Source: Camelus ferus
Taxonomy: Eukaryota
Length of the DNA stretch: 64,000 nt
Assembly (NCBI RefSeq): GCF_009834535.1
Contig: NC_045698.1
Span: 8,310,001 to 8,374,000 of the forward strand
Direction: 5' to 3'
The notes under the pieces are model-generated. The model saw only the letters and a list, made by a program, of their open reading frames with translations. It did no database searches and was not told the DNA's origin. Position 1 is the stretch's first letter. Every line of letters starts with the position of its first letter. Below are positions 50,841 to 64,000 of this stretch, piece after piece. The position numbers and the translations under genes are program-made.

Positions 50841-53031
50841 AGTGAATTTAGACCCCCATCGGCATTATTTATGCAACATTTCATCACAAAAGGACCCTCC
50901 CACTGGCCTGCCTAGCAAATTCTAGTTTTCTAATCTTCCATTCCTCTGCCCCGAATTTGTATCTGGATCCCCAACTGTCTCTCACATAAAAAAAAAAAAA
51001 AGTCCCCACAGAACCATAAAATTATCTCATACTGAATCTAGACTTTGTTTCCTTGGTGAATTCAAAGGCAGGAGACACATTCAAGACGGTTTAGAGTTCG
51101 TTTTCAAAGCCAGTCTAGTTTTATTTCAAAGATGGGCAGAGCCACCAACACAAGTTTATTCGAATTTTTTTTTCATTTTTTGAAATGCAATTGTAATTTA
51201 AAAGAAGTATAAAATGGGGCAAAGTTTAACCAACCCAAAGGGCTCACAGAAGAGAGAACTTGTCTAGATGCTGACTTTAAAGCTAAATTTTATTTCCTGA
51301 TATCCATTCCCATCCACCCTCCTCCAGCTATTACAGTAGCTCAAACACTCCTTTGAGTCTTTTTACCTGATTTTCCCTCTTTTAGCTACGACTTCCAGAA
51401 ACATGGATTGAACAATGTATTTTAAACACTTTATTGAACTGTGTGCCAAAATGGACTCAGGTCACGTAAAAACTAGATGACCTAGGGCGCGTTATTTAAA
51501 ACAGAGATAACACCTGCGGTGTAAGTAGGTAACTGTGAGTATTAACAGGTTGATAACTTATTAAGGAAATACTTTCTTCAATTCTAAAAGTTTATACAAC
51601 TAAAATTGTTAGGATAATATTTAATGACATTGAAAGGAAAGACTACTAGTATTTAGTATTAGCTCCAATAAGAACTAAACAGGGTGATTTAAAATTAGGT
51701 TTTGATTATTTTTCAAACAATACAAGCAGATTATTAAAAATTCAAACAGTACGTACTTTTATAAAGTAAAGGGTAGTTCTTATTCCACACACCCCAACAG
51801 CCACCGCACCCTCCCTTCAGACAGCTGTATGTCTGGCCCTAAGTCATGCACCTGGGTCTAGGTCTTGACCGACAGTGTTGTCTCTAAGACAGTTTTGCAA
51901 CGATGGTTCATTGGTTCCTGTGCTCCTGCTGGTGCAGATTTGATAAGATCCTCTGTTGCTGGCAAGATGGGTCACTCTCCCTAGGGTGTAGCCCCAGGTG
52001 GTGTTTGTGATGCCTGCAGAGCACAGCTCACCCTCATTTCTGTGAAGATGCCCCTGAAACTGGGCAACTCATGGCCTTACTTCGAAATTCTCTGTGAATA
52101 AATCGTTCAGGTCTCTTCTGACATTGAAAACTGAAGAAGAGAATTAAGAGCCAGGGTGATAGTCTCACCTGTAAGAAAATTACTTTCCCAGGTGAGAACC
52201 ACCACCACTCACACATCCGCATCAGTTCCCAGCTCTCTCCTTTCCATACCTATTGCCTTCTGTTTTGGTTGCTTTATGAGGTTTTTTCCCATCTTCCGCT
52301 TTATTTCCCTCTACCAGTCCCCTCTCTTTATTTCTGCGCTATTCTTCTTGAGCCTTCTAATTTCTAATGTGGTTTCATTTCAGAAAGTGGCTTTATTTTT
52401 TTTCCTATTTTTCCATGAGCGTTGCCAATTCATTGTTATTCCTTTCACGTCTTTTTTTGACTTATCATTATCTCTTTGATTTCATTTCTCTTCCATCATT
52501 TTAAATGTCTTCAGGCTATTAAAGAATACGGCCAACTGTCTCTTATGTTTTCTGAGGGTAATTTTATTTTCTGGAGTCATACTTTCCCTGCCTTTTGTGT
52601 ATTATTGTGTTACTTTTTTCTCTTTCCGATTTATTTGTTACTTTTTTGGATAGTGTTAACCCTCTGTTTTATATTTAAACCTTCCAGTTTATTACTTATT
52701 TTTGAATGATGGCAACTATATCTTGGCCTGACTTTTGCTTAGTAACATTGGGAAGGAGAAGGGTGCTGAGCATGAGAGAAGTGAAAACTAATAACGTAGT
52801 TCTTGTAACACTTCCCTCAAGATTATTCTCTCTTGTTGGAGCGTGTCCTCCATGGGGCTTTTTGTCTCTCCTGTGTCCCCCATGACTTCAGAGCTCAGTG
52901 TTCCAATGAAGGATGCTGAGTCATGACCCTTCCTTCCTTCCATCCATCTTTCCCTTCTCCCTTCTTTTTTTAAATGAAATGTACATACTGAATATCTAGA
53001 AAGCAGTGTTTAAACTCTGCATACCCTCTTT

Positions 53032-53151
53032 TTGGGGGGTGGGGGTGGTCAAGTTTATTTATTTATTTATTAAATGGAGATACCAGGGATGGAACCCAGG
53101 ACCTCACGCATGCCAAGTATCTGCTCTACCACTGAGCTATACCCTCCCTTA
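53032..53151 (-). mobile_element. Camelid tRNA-derived SINE (Vic-1 type) with target-site duplication
   Basis: Reverse A/B boxes (ctctaccactgagctatac, ggaacccagg); TSD ctgcataccctcttt (53017-53031) / ctgcctaccctcttt (53152-53166). Confidence 0.92.
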
Positions 53152-53399
53152 CTGCCTACCCTCTTTATATGAGTTTGTGGCTCATTCTTTTCCTAGTATT
53201 ACTGTAAGTGGAACTGTAATCCTAATTCTTTTGTATGTTTGGTTGATTTTAGTGTTTCCAGGAAAGAAGTAGAAAGAGCTGGACCTTGCGGAATATCCAT
53301 AATAATGGTTTAAACTCGATCCTAAAAAAAAGCAGTAAGTATTTGTTTTTCAAACGATCCAACAGTCACTTATAATTTAAAAGACTATCTTTGCAAATA

Positions 53400-55115
53400 A
53401 GGCCTGGAGAGAAATCCCCTCAATTGGATAATGAAAAAAATTTCAGAGTTCAATACTGAAAACTTCTCCTTAAATATGAGTAAGAAGGTATCATCCACTG
53501 CTATCATCACTCACTCTTCTTAACATTGTACCGGAGGTCTTAGGCAAGAAAGTAAAAACAAAAAGAAACATGGACAAAGATCAATTTTCTTTATGTATAT
53601 TAACAGCAAAGAAATTAAAACAATAGTAGTATTTATAAATATCATAGAAAAACATCCAATGCTTAGGAACAAATCTGTGAACGTGGTATAAGACCTCCAC
53701 ACCAAACACTACACAATCCTATTGACATTAAAGCAGACACAGCGATTGGAGGGAAATACCACGTTTATGGATGGACAGGTTTAATATTACAAAGGTTGCA
53801 ATCTCCTTGGGTTAACTGATAGATTTAACACAATTCCAATCCAAATCTCAACGTGCTGTTTTTTTTCAGGGGTGGGAGAGGCTGAAGTAATAGGTAATAG
53901 ATTCTAAAATGTGCATGAAAACACACAGTGCCAAGACGAGCAAGCAGCCTTGAAGGACAGAAACAAACCTGGAAGGCAGAACCTAACAGATGAGAAGGCA
54001 CATTACAAAGCTGCAGCAAGTAAGACCATGTGGTGTCCATGGAAGGAGAGACAGAAGGGTAGGATGAGAGAGAACCTGGACACCAAGCCACACACAGACC
54101 TAACTCATGAGGCTCCTAAAACTGCCCTGCATGGGAAAGACGGTGCTTCCATCTGGTTATCTGTATGGTGAAGAAATGTACCCTGACTCCCATCTCAAAA
54201 ATACACAAAAATCAATTCCATATAAAGTGCTGGTCTATAGGTGGAAGATTAAACAGAAAAGCTTTGAAAGTAAAATATGGAACACACGCATGACCTTAGA
54301 GTAGCCAAGGCTTCCGTGAGCAGGACACAAAAAGTGCTAACCATGAAAGGAATACAAAAGGTGTAAACTGGTTCATATTAATTGGAAAATTCTGTTTATC
54401 AAAGACTCCACTGAGAAAGTGAAGGAGCAGTAGTGGGAGAAATTTTTCTCTGAGTGTGTGTATATATATGTGTGTGTGTGTATATATGTGTGTGTGTGTA
54501 TACACATATATACATTTCAAAATACTTGAACAAGCACTTTATAAAACAGGATATCCACACAGCCAATAAACAAATGAAAAGATGTACACCTTCATCACTC
54601 ACAAAGGATATGCACATTTCAACTTCCATGGGATGTCACTACGTACCCATCAGAAGGGTTAATATAGAAAAGACAGAGGAGAGAAAAGGCCAAACATTGG
54701 CAAGTATTGGGTTTTATTAGAACTTTCACAAACACTGAGTGGGGATATAAAATGGTACAAGAAACTTGATGTGTGTTAATCTCTTTTAAAGCCCTTTATA
54801 TGCAAACTCTATGTCCCAGAAATTCTGCTCCCAGGTGTACACTCACTAGAAACGTGCTTAAGTGCATCAGAAGACATCACCTGTGATGCTCACATCAGCA
54901 GTGTTCACATCATCCCCCACTGGACACCCCTGAAATGCCCAGTTATGAGAATGGACATATATGGTGTATGTGCTCAATGAAACGCTATTCAACAAAGAAA
55001 ATAAACTGATAAGTAAAACGCAATACTGTGGCTGCCTCTTAGACATCACCTTGAGCAAGCTGTACCTGATGGCATTTGCATTTGTTTGTATGTATGTTAC
55101 ACTTAAAAGATAAAG
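53400..55115 (+). mobile_element. Old L1M (L1MC/ME-like) ORF2 to 3' end, heavily decayed
   Basis: gattctaaaatgtgcatg, aaaaatcaattcca, gccaataaacaaatgaaaagatg, aattctgctcccaggtgtac ORF2 remnants. Confidence 0.75.
54454..54513. repeat. Compound (TG)n/(TA)n microsatellite
   Basis: Direct reading. Confidence 0.9.
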
Positions 55116-56726
55116 CCCTAAATTGTTTTCAATCCTAGATTTTGGACATCATAACAGGCATGCATGAAAACAGGAGCATTATTTACCTTCTAATGTTCTT
55201 GATTTTCTTTTACACATCATTTTATCTTCAGAGGCTTCCAGCAATAGCCTTACCAATTTTGTTTTAAAAGAAAATAAAAGATTTTTAAGTCTTACAAAAT
55301 AAAAGTAGAACCAAAGGATGAAGGAATCTCTATTTAACATGGTATCATCAATTTAAAAATAATTCACTATGTTGTCCTTCTGGACAAATAATCCAATTTC
55401 TCTGACCAAATATAAAGAAAGAAATGACATTTTTAATGTCCTGGTCATTTTTGTCTCCTAACACTGACAGCTGGGTAGAAGACTAAGTAGCACTAATACA
55501 GGAAAGTTTGAATGTTATAAATAAGTGACAGATTTTGTAGTGGCTTGAAATAAGTTTAATGTGAATAGTTTGCTTTTTCTTAATTTTAATAAAACCTGAT
55601 CTTTCAAAGGAACGTATTAAGGACTCTTCCGGAAATTCTGGCTTTTCATTTTCTGAGTATCAGCATTCCAGTGGAAAGCTCTAATTCTATTTATTACCCC
55701 TCCAGACTCTAAGGTATAAAATTACAAATGATTGACAGTCAAATTACTGAATGTGCTTTCTGAGGGGCACGGCAAAGCGCCAGCACAAAGACTTCTCCGC
55801 AATTAAACAGTTGCAAGGGGTAATATTTCCAGGGCCAGCTCAGCTCTTCATTTGCAGTCTGCACTTATCTCTGCTGTCTACGGCCAGAATGGATCGCAGG
55901 ATGTGGGAGAGGAAAGAAAGGGAGAAAAGGAAGAGGAAGGAAGTCAAACCAACAACGCTGGCCTTTTGCCCAGGGCCTGGTGGTGACAAGGACTCATATA
56001 AAACTAAAACCCTCATGCTGCCTGCTGCTGCTAAACGCTGGTGACCTGGTGTGGGACACAGTCAGAAACGGGACATTCGGTACTTGGAGGCTGGAAATAC
56101 ATGACTTCACACACCAGCTCGTATTTGTGAATCAGTGTAAATCTGACCCTTCCAACTAGGAGTATAGGCTTTATATACTAAATCCCATGAATAAAACATA
56201 CTTTGGTTCTCATTTGCCCTATTGGGGTAAAAAGCTCTTATTTGGGACCTATTGGGGCAAGACACACACCTTCCTTTCTCTATGCCTTAATGAATGCTCA
56301 TGCAATGACAAATTAAGATGAAAGGATTTCATTGCTCTGCTGTGGCATGAAATTCAGTTCACTGTATTCAAAGCACCCTTGGTTTCTCAAACAGGATGGG
56401 TAGCTGACCATCCGGTTACAGTTCCACAAACCCCCGGCATCCCTGATGTTGTAAACTGTCCATCCATGAAATTCATACAAATGTATATTTTGAGCACAAA
56501 CAAAGCTTGAAGGCAGGAATCTCCAGTTAGTGAACACACGATTGCGAAGACTGCAAGAGAGTGAATTTAAAACACATTTTTAAATGCATTAATTAATGAC
56601 AGGTAGAAACACATCCTGCTCTATAAACTACTCCTAAAATGCCACGCAGTGCAATGGTTTTACAATGAATGTATGCTCTTTCCAAGGGCTAGTGACAACG
56701 AATGCAGAATTCCTCATCTTTAAAGT

Positions 56727-56774
<48 letters not shown>
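56727..56774. repeat. Compound (TC)14(AC)10 microsatellite
   Basis: Direct reading. Confidence 0.93.
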
Positions 56775-58544
56775 CCCTTGGCAGAATTCAACATTTTAAA
56801 TTACAAAGAGAGTTTCCTTCTGGTAGAACGCAGATGGAAAGTGTCTATCTTATTTTACCCTTTTTTCACATCTCAAGCATGTATTTGAGGCAGTATCTCC
56901 TAAGAGATAACTCAATGTATCTGACAGCTAAGATTACTGCATCTTAGTCTCCCAGTATTAAAAGCAGCATTTGTTTCGATTTTTTGCATAATTAGCTCAT
57001 GTCTTTATTTGATATTCTTTAACATTTATGTAAAAGGGGTGATCATGAATAATACTCTGTCAAAACAGAGTGGGCCCTGTCTCTGCGGCCGGACTTAGGT
57101 ATTATGTCATTGCTCTAGGCGGAGGCACAGAAGGAACACCAAGCAGAAAGCGCACATGACTAAGCATTTTAAGTTCTTCCCGCAAGAACTGTGTTTGGCT
57201 AAGACACAAGCCAGAGAGAATACTTTAAAAATATTTCTTTGGAAAAAAAAAAAAAAAGACTAAAGTTCCAAGAAATCAGAGGGGTGCGTTTAAAACAAAC
57301 ATGAGTAAATTCTGGAAAACGTACATTTCAATACATCAAACGCTACCTCTGCAAATATTCTGGTATCATGACTCTTTGTGTAACACATGCTCCTTGGATA
57401 TTAGCACAATTTTTTACACTTAGCCGGGAATGGTCTGACCTCTCACTTTTAAGATTTAACTGCGTCTTGGGAAGTTATAACGCAGAGGACCGTGGCTACC
57501 GATGCTCTGTCCTGGAGGTGAGAATCACACATGGGTGAACGGGCTCAATATGGCCAGCATCCCTGTGATTCTAGTACTTGAGCATTGTTTTTGTGCTTTT
57601 TATTTGCTTCTCAGCGTTTTTTTTTTTTTTAAACTGAGAGCAGTATTTAAATATCTGGTCAGCAGTCTTTCACGAATTGTAGAATATTTGTTCCACGTCT
57701 TCTTGAATGCCTGAGAACAATCTCTAAGTGTGTCCTCTGTCCTGCAGCGGGGTTGGTGGTGTGTGGAGCAGGGTTAGGGAGCTAACCCAAACAAGTCCAA
57801 ACTGATCTGAAATCAAAGGACTCGGTGGGTACTGTAACACTGTATATTAAAAAGATGTCAGTCACTACAGGATCAGTGACTTAGCATTTGTGGAAATGTT
57901 ACACTCTCTTTTGAGAATTTTGAAGGATTTTCTACAAGATGTTTTGAACACACCTCTATTTCTGAACGTTACCCAAGTAGGAAAAAACGGAGGCGTCTGA
58001 CTGTATGACACAGCTTCAGCTGGTTCTAGAATTCATACTGCACATCTGAAATAAGTGTGAGGATGCCTACAGCCTGGCTTACAGCTCTTTAGAGCTCCTA
58101 AAAACTGAATTTGTGCTTCGTTAACTGCAGCCCATCTAGAATGATGTGATTCCTTGGCATTTTCAAGACTTCTCAGGTCATCCAATGGACTGGATGGAAA
58201 TTAATGCTCACTTAACTCTGTAGATTTGTGCTATGTTTCCTGTTTCTTGCTCTAAATTCACAATTTTGCCTCCACCAATGCTGTGCTTCCCTTAATTCGC
58301 CCTTGAGCACTCTGGACTGCGGGATATTAAGAAAACATAATGAAGATGAGAAGAGCTGGCATTTTATTGAGGAGGTGACTCCCCACTGGATAACAAGGGG
58401 AACTCACCTCCCACTCCCCTGAAACTGCCTCTGTTCAAACCCTCCTGCCATGAAGAATAGCCACCTTTTTTGTTGTACTAAACAAGCCACTTAAGCACAG
58501 AGTGGAATTTTAGCATTGTTTCTGCACACGTTCAAATGGAACAA

Positions 58545-58685
58545 GTCATTCTCTCATTTTAGAGATGAGAAAAGAGATTCAGAAAGATTAAATATTTTGC
58601 CCCAAATCACACAGATCGTTAGTAGTGACACTTGTTACGTGAACTTGAGCAGCTGGACTTCAGAACTGGCGTTCTTCACCACCAG
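58545..58685 (-). mobile_element. MIR SINE core
   Basis: tctcattttagagatgagaaaagagattcagaaagattaaatattttgccccaaatcacacag. Confidence 0.7.
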
Positions 58686-61592
58686 ATATCCCTGCCGTCA
58701 TTTACCAGGCTTTACGTGTGTCTCCTGGAGTCATGCCTAAAAACCATGACAGCATCATTTCTTATGGGGTTTTTGCACAGCAATGAAGAATCAGATTACC
58801 CATTCCTCTACCCCCCACCAAGGAAAAAAATTCTGAGGAGGAGAAATTCCAACCCCATATGAACCAGCCAGGTTCCTAAGGGAGTCAGCACCCCAGGGCT
58901 GTCCCCCAACCAGTCTACTTACTAAGGAATCCTTCACCAACTATGGTTTTGTCTACCCCTTTAAAGGCCATTAAGGTCGATGTCATATTCAGAAATTCAA
59001 AAATCCTTTATTCACTTATACTGGAATGATTTAGTTGCATCTCCTTAAACAGAAGGAAACACATTTCACTCTCCCCTTTATTAGCCTCCTAGCGGGAGGT
59101 TTACAAGTTGAGGCGAGAGAGGAAGTGTCTATTACTTACAGCCTTTTAACATATGGTTTAAAGACGAAGAGCTGAAAAAAACATATCTTCACCAAAAAAA
59201 ATGTATGAAAAGTGCAGGACTTAAGCAAAACATATTATCAATTAAGGCAAGTGTAAAACATTAATATTCATCAAAGTTCATGCTCATTAAGGATTGGCTT
59301 AGAAACATCAAACGGAAGTACTGTGCCTATAATAAGAGTGGAAATGAATGGGGCAATCTGCCTTGTTAGGTCATGATACCACAGCGACGTTTCCTGGAAA
59401 ACCGAAAGAAAGAAACCGTGGTAAAGGAGAAAAGGTACCGATCATAGCACGGGTTATCTCAAACAGGTGTTTTATTTCTAATAGAACTTTTTAGAAGCTT
59501 GTGGCTTCCAGAACTTTTTTGTAGGTATTGACACATAGGTACTTCTTTAATGAAATTTTTGGAATTTTTTTCATTCTCCCCAATCGTGTATGAAATCTTG
59601 AACTTGTCAACAGTAGTTTTTACCCAAAGATAGTATTTTCCCCCAAATGTGACATCCACGGCTGGCAAAGGATTTTTTGCACTTCGTTTTATTTTGGCTG
59701 GTTCTGAAAATCAAAAAAGTCTGGAAGCTCTACTTCTTTATGAGGCTAACATGGATCAAATAGGAGAATTACCCCCTGGGAGTGCAGTTCTTGTGAGGAA
59801 TCAGGGAAAGGGGACTAATGAACACAATTTAGACTTTCTACTGGGGTTCACAGGCCATAAAGTTTACTGTTCTGATGAGAAATAGCACGCAGACATGACT
59901 ACCCAGTCTCTTGGAGTCTTAATGTACGTATACATGGGGCTCCCAAAGGTACAGGTTTCTTCCGATACACTGATGGCATTCTTTTGCAATCGAATGGGTA
60001 CTTGAGTTACATGCTGAGGAATTCTGAAGTTAAGTAGCTCAAAAAATGCATCAATATACCTACTTTCAGGAAATCCCAAATATGGGGACCATAAATGTTC
60101 ATTATCTAATACTGACACACAGATATGAATATGAATCTGAGGGTAAGTGACTCATGATTAAAACATGTGACTCAAACTCCCACTTCTCCACCGGGTCATC
60201 TATGTTTTCCTCATCAGACACTGTTGGATGTTCACGGCAATCACTGAGGTATTTATCTATTTAGAGGATTACACAGTGACAGTCAAATATCAATACGAGG
60301 GCACACTGATTTTTGTATCAGTGTGTGAAAACCATTTGCTGACACCTAAATTCGAAGCAATATTTAGGACACTCTAAAAAAGCTATAAAAAAAAAAAAAA
60401 CCCTATCTATATATAATATGTACCCAGTATTTTCTACAGGTATAGTAAGTACATTGTGTTTTACATTTCTAAGTTGAGAAAATATGTCAACAATTAAACC
60501 AATAGATGTGCATATCTTCTAAAATGAAGACTAGCACAGGAAAGTATATCGCAGAATTATTAGACAGCACATTTCCAGACAATAATGTCGGTAATGAACG
60601 GTCTGATCTGGAAAGAAATGTCAACAATTAACTCAGCAGTAGCAGCACTGAAGTCGAAGGTAATGAGCATTTTGGTAACTAAAATGCAGCAGGAACAACA
60701 TTGTGCAGGCATCCATGTCTCCTGGTGAGATTGAAGGCTCACAGATAAATGAGTGAATTAAATGAATAGAATGTAAGGAATTCTAAATCCAACAAATACT
60801 GTAATTAAGCTAGTGTAAAGCAGTAAGGGCATTTCTTAATGAAGGATATGCTCTTTTAGTGATGCCATACATGGATGCAGATGTATTTTAGAATATCTTA
60901 CCTCTGACATGAAAGAATGAGGAATATGTGAATATTTGTAGTGACATACGTACAAACAAGAACACGCAGACGTACATTTCACATATACGTGATGGGGGCC
61001 ACACGTTTTGAGAACCATAGAAAAGCTAGGATTGCGCACATTTTTTTCGTTCCATGGTATAATTTTCACCTTTATTCTGATTGGGACCTAATTGAAAAGA
61101 TCAGATCCTTCTCCTCCCCTTTCTGCACAGACCTTTTTTCCCAATACTGTGGAAAATGGTACATTGTTATACATGAATTTTATTTTCTTCTGCAGAAAAC
61201 TGCCCTGAAAGGACGAGGCAACGTAATAAGCCATAAATAATTGGTACAGATTTAATTCAGGTCACTTCAAACAAAATTTAGATCTTAGATTCCAATGTAG
61301 CCTGTTTGAAAATCCTTAGTCACTGTGAATTTATTGAAATTATTTTATTAGATTTGCCGATAATTGTTCACTGCTCACAACTCATTAAGATTTTAATAAC
61401 TCATTCTTTTCTAAATGAGAATTATATTATGATAAGTACGTAAATATACCTTATTGTTTACAAAGTGGATTTACATAAATTATAACTTTTCATCTTCTTA
61501 ATAATACTTTGAATTATATATTAATATTTAAAACCAGAAAGGTATAATGAATTTAATTATGAATTAGAGAGCTAATTTATATCAAAATTCTT

Positions 61593-61724
61593 GGGGAGGG
61601 GTATAGTTCAAGCGGTAGAGGGCACGCTTAGCATGCACAAGGTCCTAGGTTCAATCCCCAGCACCTCCTCTAAAAATAAAACGAGTAAATGAACTTAATT
61701 ACCTCCCCCTAAAAAAAAAGACAA
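61593..61724 (+). mobile_element. Camelid tRNA-derived SINE (Vic-1 type)
   Basis: A/B boxes and ttaattacctccccc tail; TSD aaaattctt (61584-61592 and 61725-61733). Confidence 0.9.
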
Positions 61725-62925
61725 AAAATTCTTATTTGGGAAGTTAAATTACCAAGCTAATTATAAAAAAAAAATACTCAGGCACATATTAAAATACACT
61801 TAGGTACCACATATTAAAGAAGGTACTTAGGTAGTGCTAAGTTTCAAACCATTAACCAGAATCCTTTCAAGCCCCATCTCTCCTGACCCCTCACTCACTA
61901 AAAGTTTCTGTCAACTAACAAAAAGACGACTCCCTCCCTACTGCCCTTCGTTCCCAAGGCTCAGGCAGACAGGAACAGTTCTCCAAGGGTGTGGTAACTA
62001 ACTCCCTCAATAATTAAGGAGTATAAAGCAGAATGAGAGTCAATTTCTCTTTTTATGTAAATTAATGACAGAATTTTTTTTAAAATCTACTTTATCATCG
62101 TAAAATACACCATCAGAATAATTTAATTTTTAACATGGTAAATGGCTCAGACCAATACCTTAGCCTCACTTCAATATTAATTTTATCTCAATTAGGAAAT
62201 TTTAGGTAGAGATATAGCAGAGTATTCTTTTTTCACTGTTGGCACCAAGAATAACTCCATGATTTTTTTGTCATCTGGGAAGATTTCAGAAGCAACACAA
62301 ATGAATATTTCTTTTCAGGCAAGTTCTCCATGGACATGTGTCAGTATGCATAACAAATACGATGACATTAGATAGCACTATTCAAACACTTTCTTGGCAG
62401 TTGCAGCAAGAAACAAGGGCACTGCCCTTTGGCCATGGAGACCAGAGCACCTCATCCAGTGTCTGCCCAGATGGAAGACTGACACAGTGAGCCAGTGGGG
62501 GCACTAATGGAATAATCTTACAAAAGTCAGGTTTGGAAAAGACAGAAAGCAAGAGACAGTTTCATGTCCTCTTTAAATATTAACACACAAAAAAATCAAC
62601 GATCTTAAATACTGCTTTTCATTTTCTAAGCCAATAATATTAATATATAATGGTACAGTGAAGCAATCCCTGTTCTGGAATTCTCCCGTGTCAGTGGCAG
62701 CCTAAAATCAATGAGGGGAGAAATCCACTACAAAACTGTGAGATGATTTATTAAAATATTTTGACAAGTATAAACTAATTGTTTATTCATTTAAAAGTAT
62801 AGATGCTTCTTGGGTTATGCTCTATCCCGTGACAGAGTAAAGAGGCATTCAGAAGAGAGTTCTTCACAACGGGCATCTTAACAACGGAACAAACTGTTGA
62901 TTCTTTATCCCTTTCCCTCCAAAAT

Positions 62926-62965
62926 GCAGCATGTACCCATCAGCAGCAGCATGTACCCATCAGCA
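62926..62965. repeat. Perfect 20-bp tandem duplication
   Basis: gcagcatgtacccatcagca repeated twice. Confidence 0.95.
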
Positions 62966-63569
62966 GCATATAAGCAGAAATGCCCTAGATTCATAAATCT
63001 ATTAAGCCAACTTTCAACTGCATTTAGTATATTTAAAAAGTAGCCACCTACTCTTGCAATATGAAAGTAGTCAAGTTTTAAGACAGATTTTAAGAATATG
63101 CATTTAATATGAACCATACCGTGAAACAAACATAGTTAGTTTATCCACGTTATAATTTTAAATGTCATAGTGGCAGCAGCCGATGGTTTTCAACTTTGTT
63201 ATCCCTTGTTGATGTTATTATTAGGAATTCATGCGCTGCACTAGGACTTCTGAAAAACCTCACCTGACCTTAAACAACCAAGATTACTTGCCAAGTAACT
63301 GCTTTGAAACGGGACTGAAATTGAAATAGACTGGAGGTCCCCAAGGAATCCATCGTTAATGTCTAATTACAGAGGTCCTATATTCTGCTTTATAATTACA
63401 TGATCTTCATGTAAAATGTAAAACTCAGGAAGCTTATTTTCCTTACAAATAAAAGCCAACATAGATAGAGGCTGAGTTTATGACAGATGACAAATATTGC
63501 AGAAAATTCTATTACATAGCTCAAGAAAGTTGAGAAGTCTTTTAGTTTGAGAAGCCTCTTGTTTTGATT

Positions 63570-63720
63570 TTCACTCATTCAATCATTCATTCATTCATTC
63601 AATCATTCCCTTAACAAACAGTTATCAAACACCTATTTTGTTCCAGGCAATGTTCCAAAGAGCAGTGAAATACACAGGTGTGGCCTCACCCTCACACAGC
63701 TTACAGTCCACCTTCATTTT
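63570..63720 (-). mobile_element. L2 3' end with (TCAT)n terminus
   Basis: tcattcattcattc...aacacctattttgttccaggca. Confidence 0.65.
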
Positions 63721-64000
63721 GGAAATACTCAATATCTGGCAATCTGCACCTGCTTCTTCTAGAAACTCAATTTTCTCTCTTTTAAGCATACCAGTTCACT
63801 TATTCCTACAGTGCCTTGCACACAGTAACCATTTCATCATGGCCTGACAGATTGAGCAGTACTTTTCTTTGTAATTGATAAATGGATAACACTAAGGCCT
63901 ATTCCAAACCTTCAAAGTTGTAAGTTGCTTTACTATCACACCTGGAGGGTGGAAATAAGAACAGAAACTTACTAGTGCGTGTTTGGTGAGCATCCGTATT

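Overview
Mammalian intronic DNA, almost certainly camelid (alpaca, vicuna or camel), because it carries five copies of the camelid tRNA-derived Vic-1-type SINE. The window lies inside CTNND2 (delta-catenin) on the minus strand. The only supportable coding sequence is one 113-nt internal exon (22388-22500, [37 protein letters not shown]), matching exon 3 of mammalian CTNND2. The rest is intron 2 (above 22500) and intron 3 (below 22388), filled with L1, L2, MIR, ERV/MaLR LTRs and Tigger/Charlie elements. Repeat subfamily names are from memory of consensus sequences and need RepeatMasker/Dfam confirmation. I see no evidence for a wholly new biological system. Best leads: (1) a CpG-rich, TE-poor candidate internal promoter/first exon near 50.5-50.85 kb with an RFX X-box, which could make a delta-catenin lacking the N-terminal coiled coil; (2) a sense-oriented ERV LTR that stops at its poly(A) site, runs into an A-rich tail and has about 125 nt of foreign upstream sequence, i.e. 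a probable L1-mobilised retrocopy; (3) two young same-family L1 3' ends in inverted orientation around the exon; (4) two old non-tandem local duplications; (5) a fully signalled 200-nt cryptic exon candidate.
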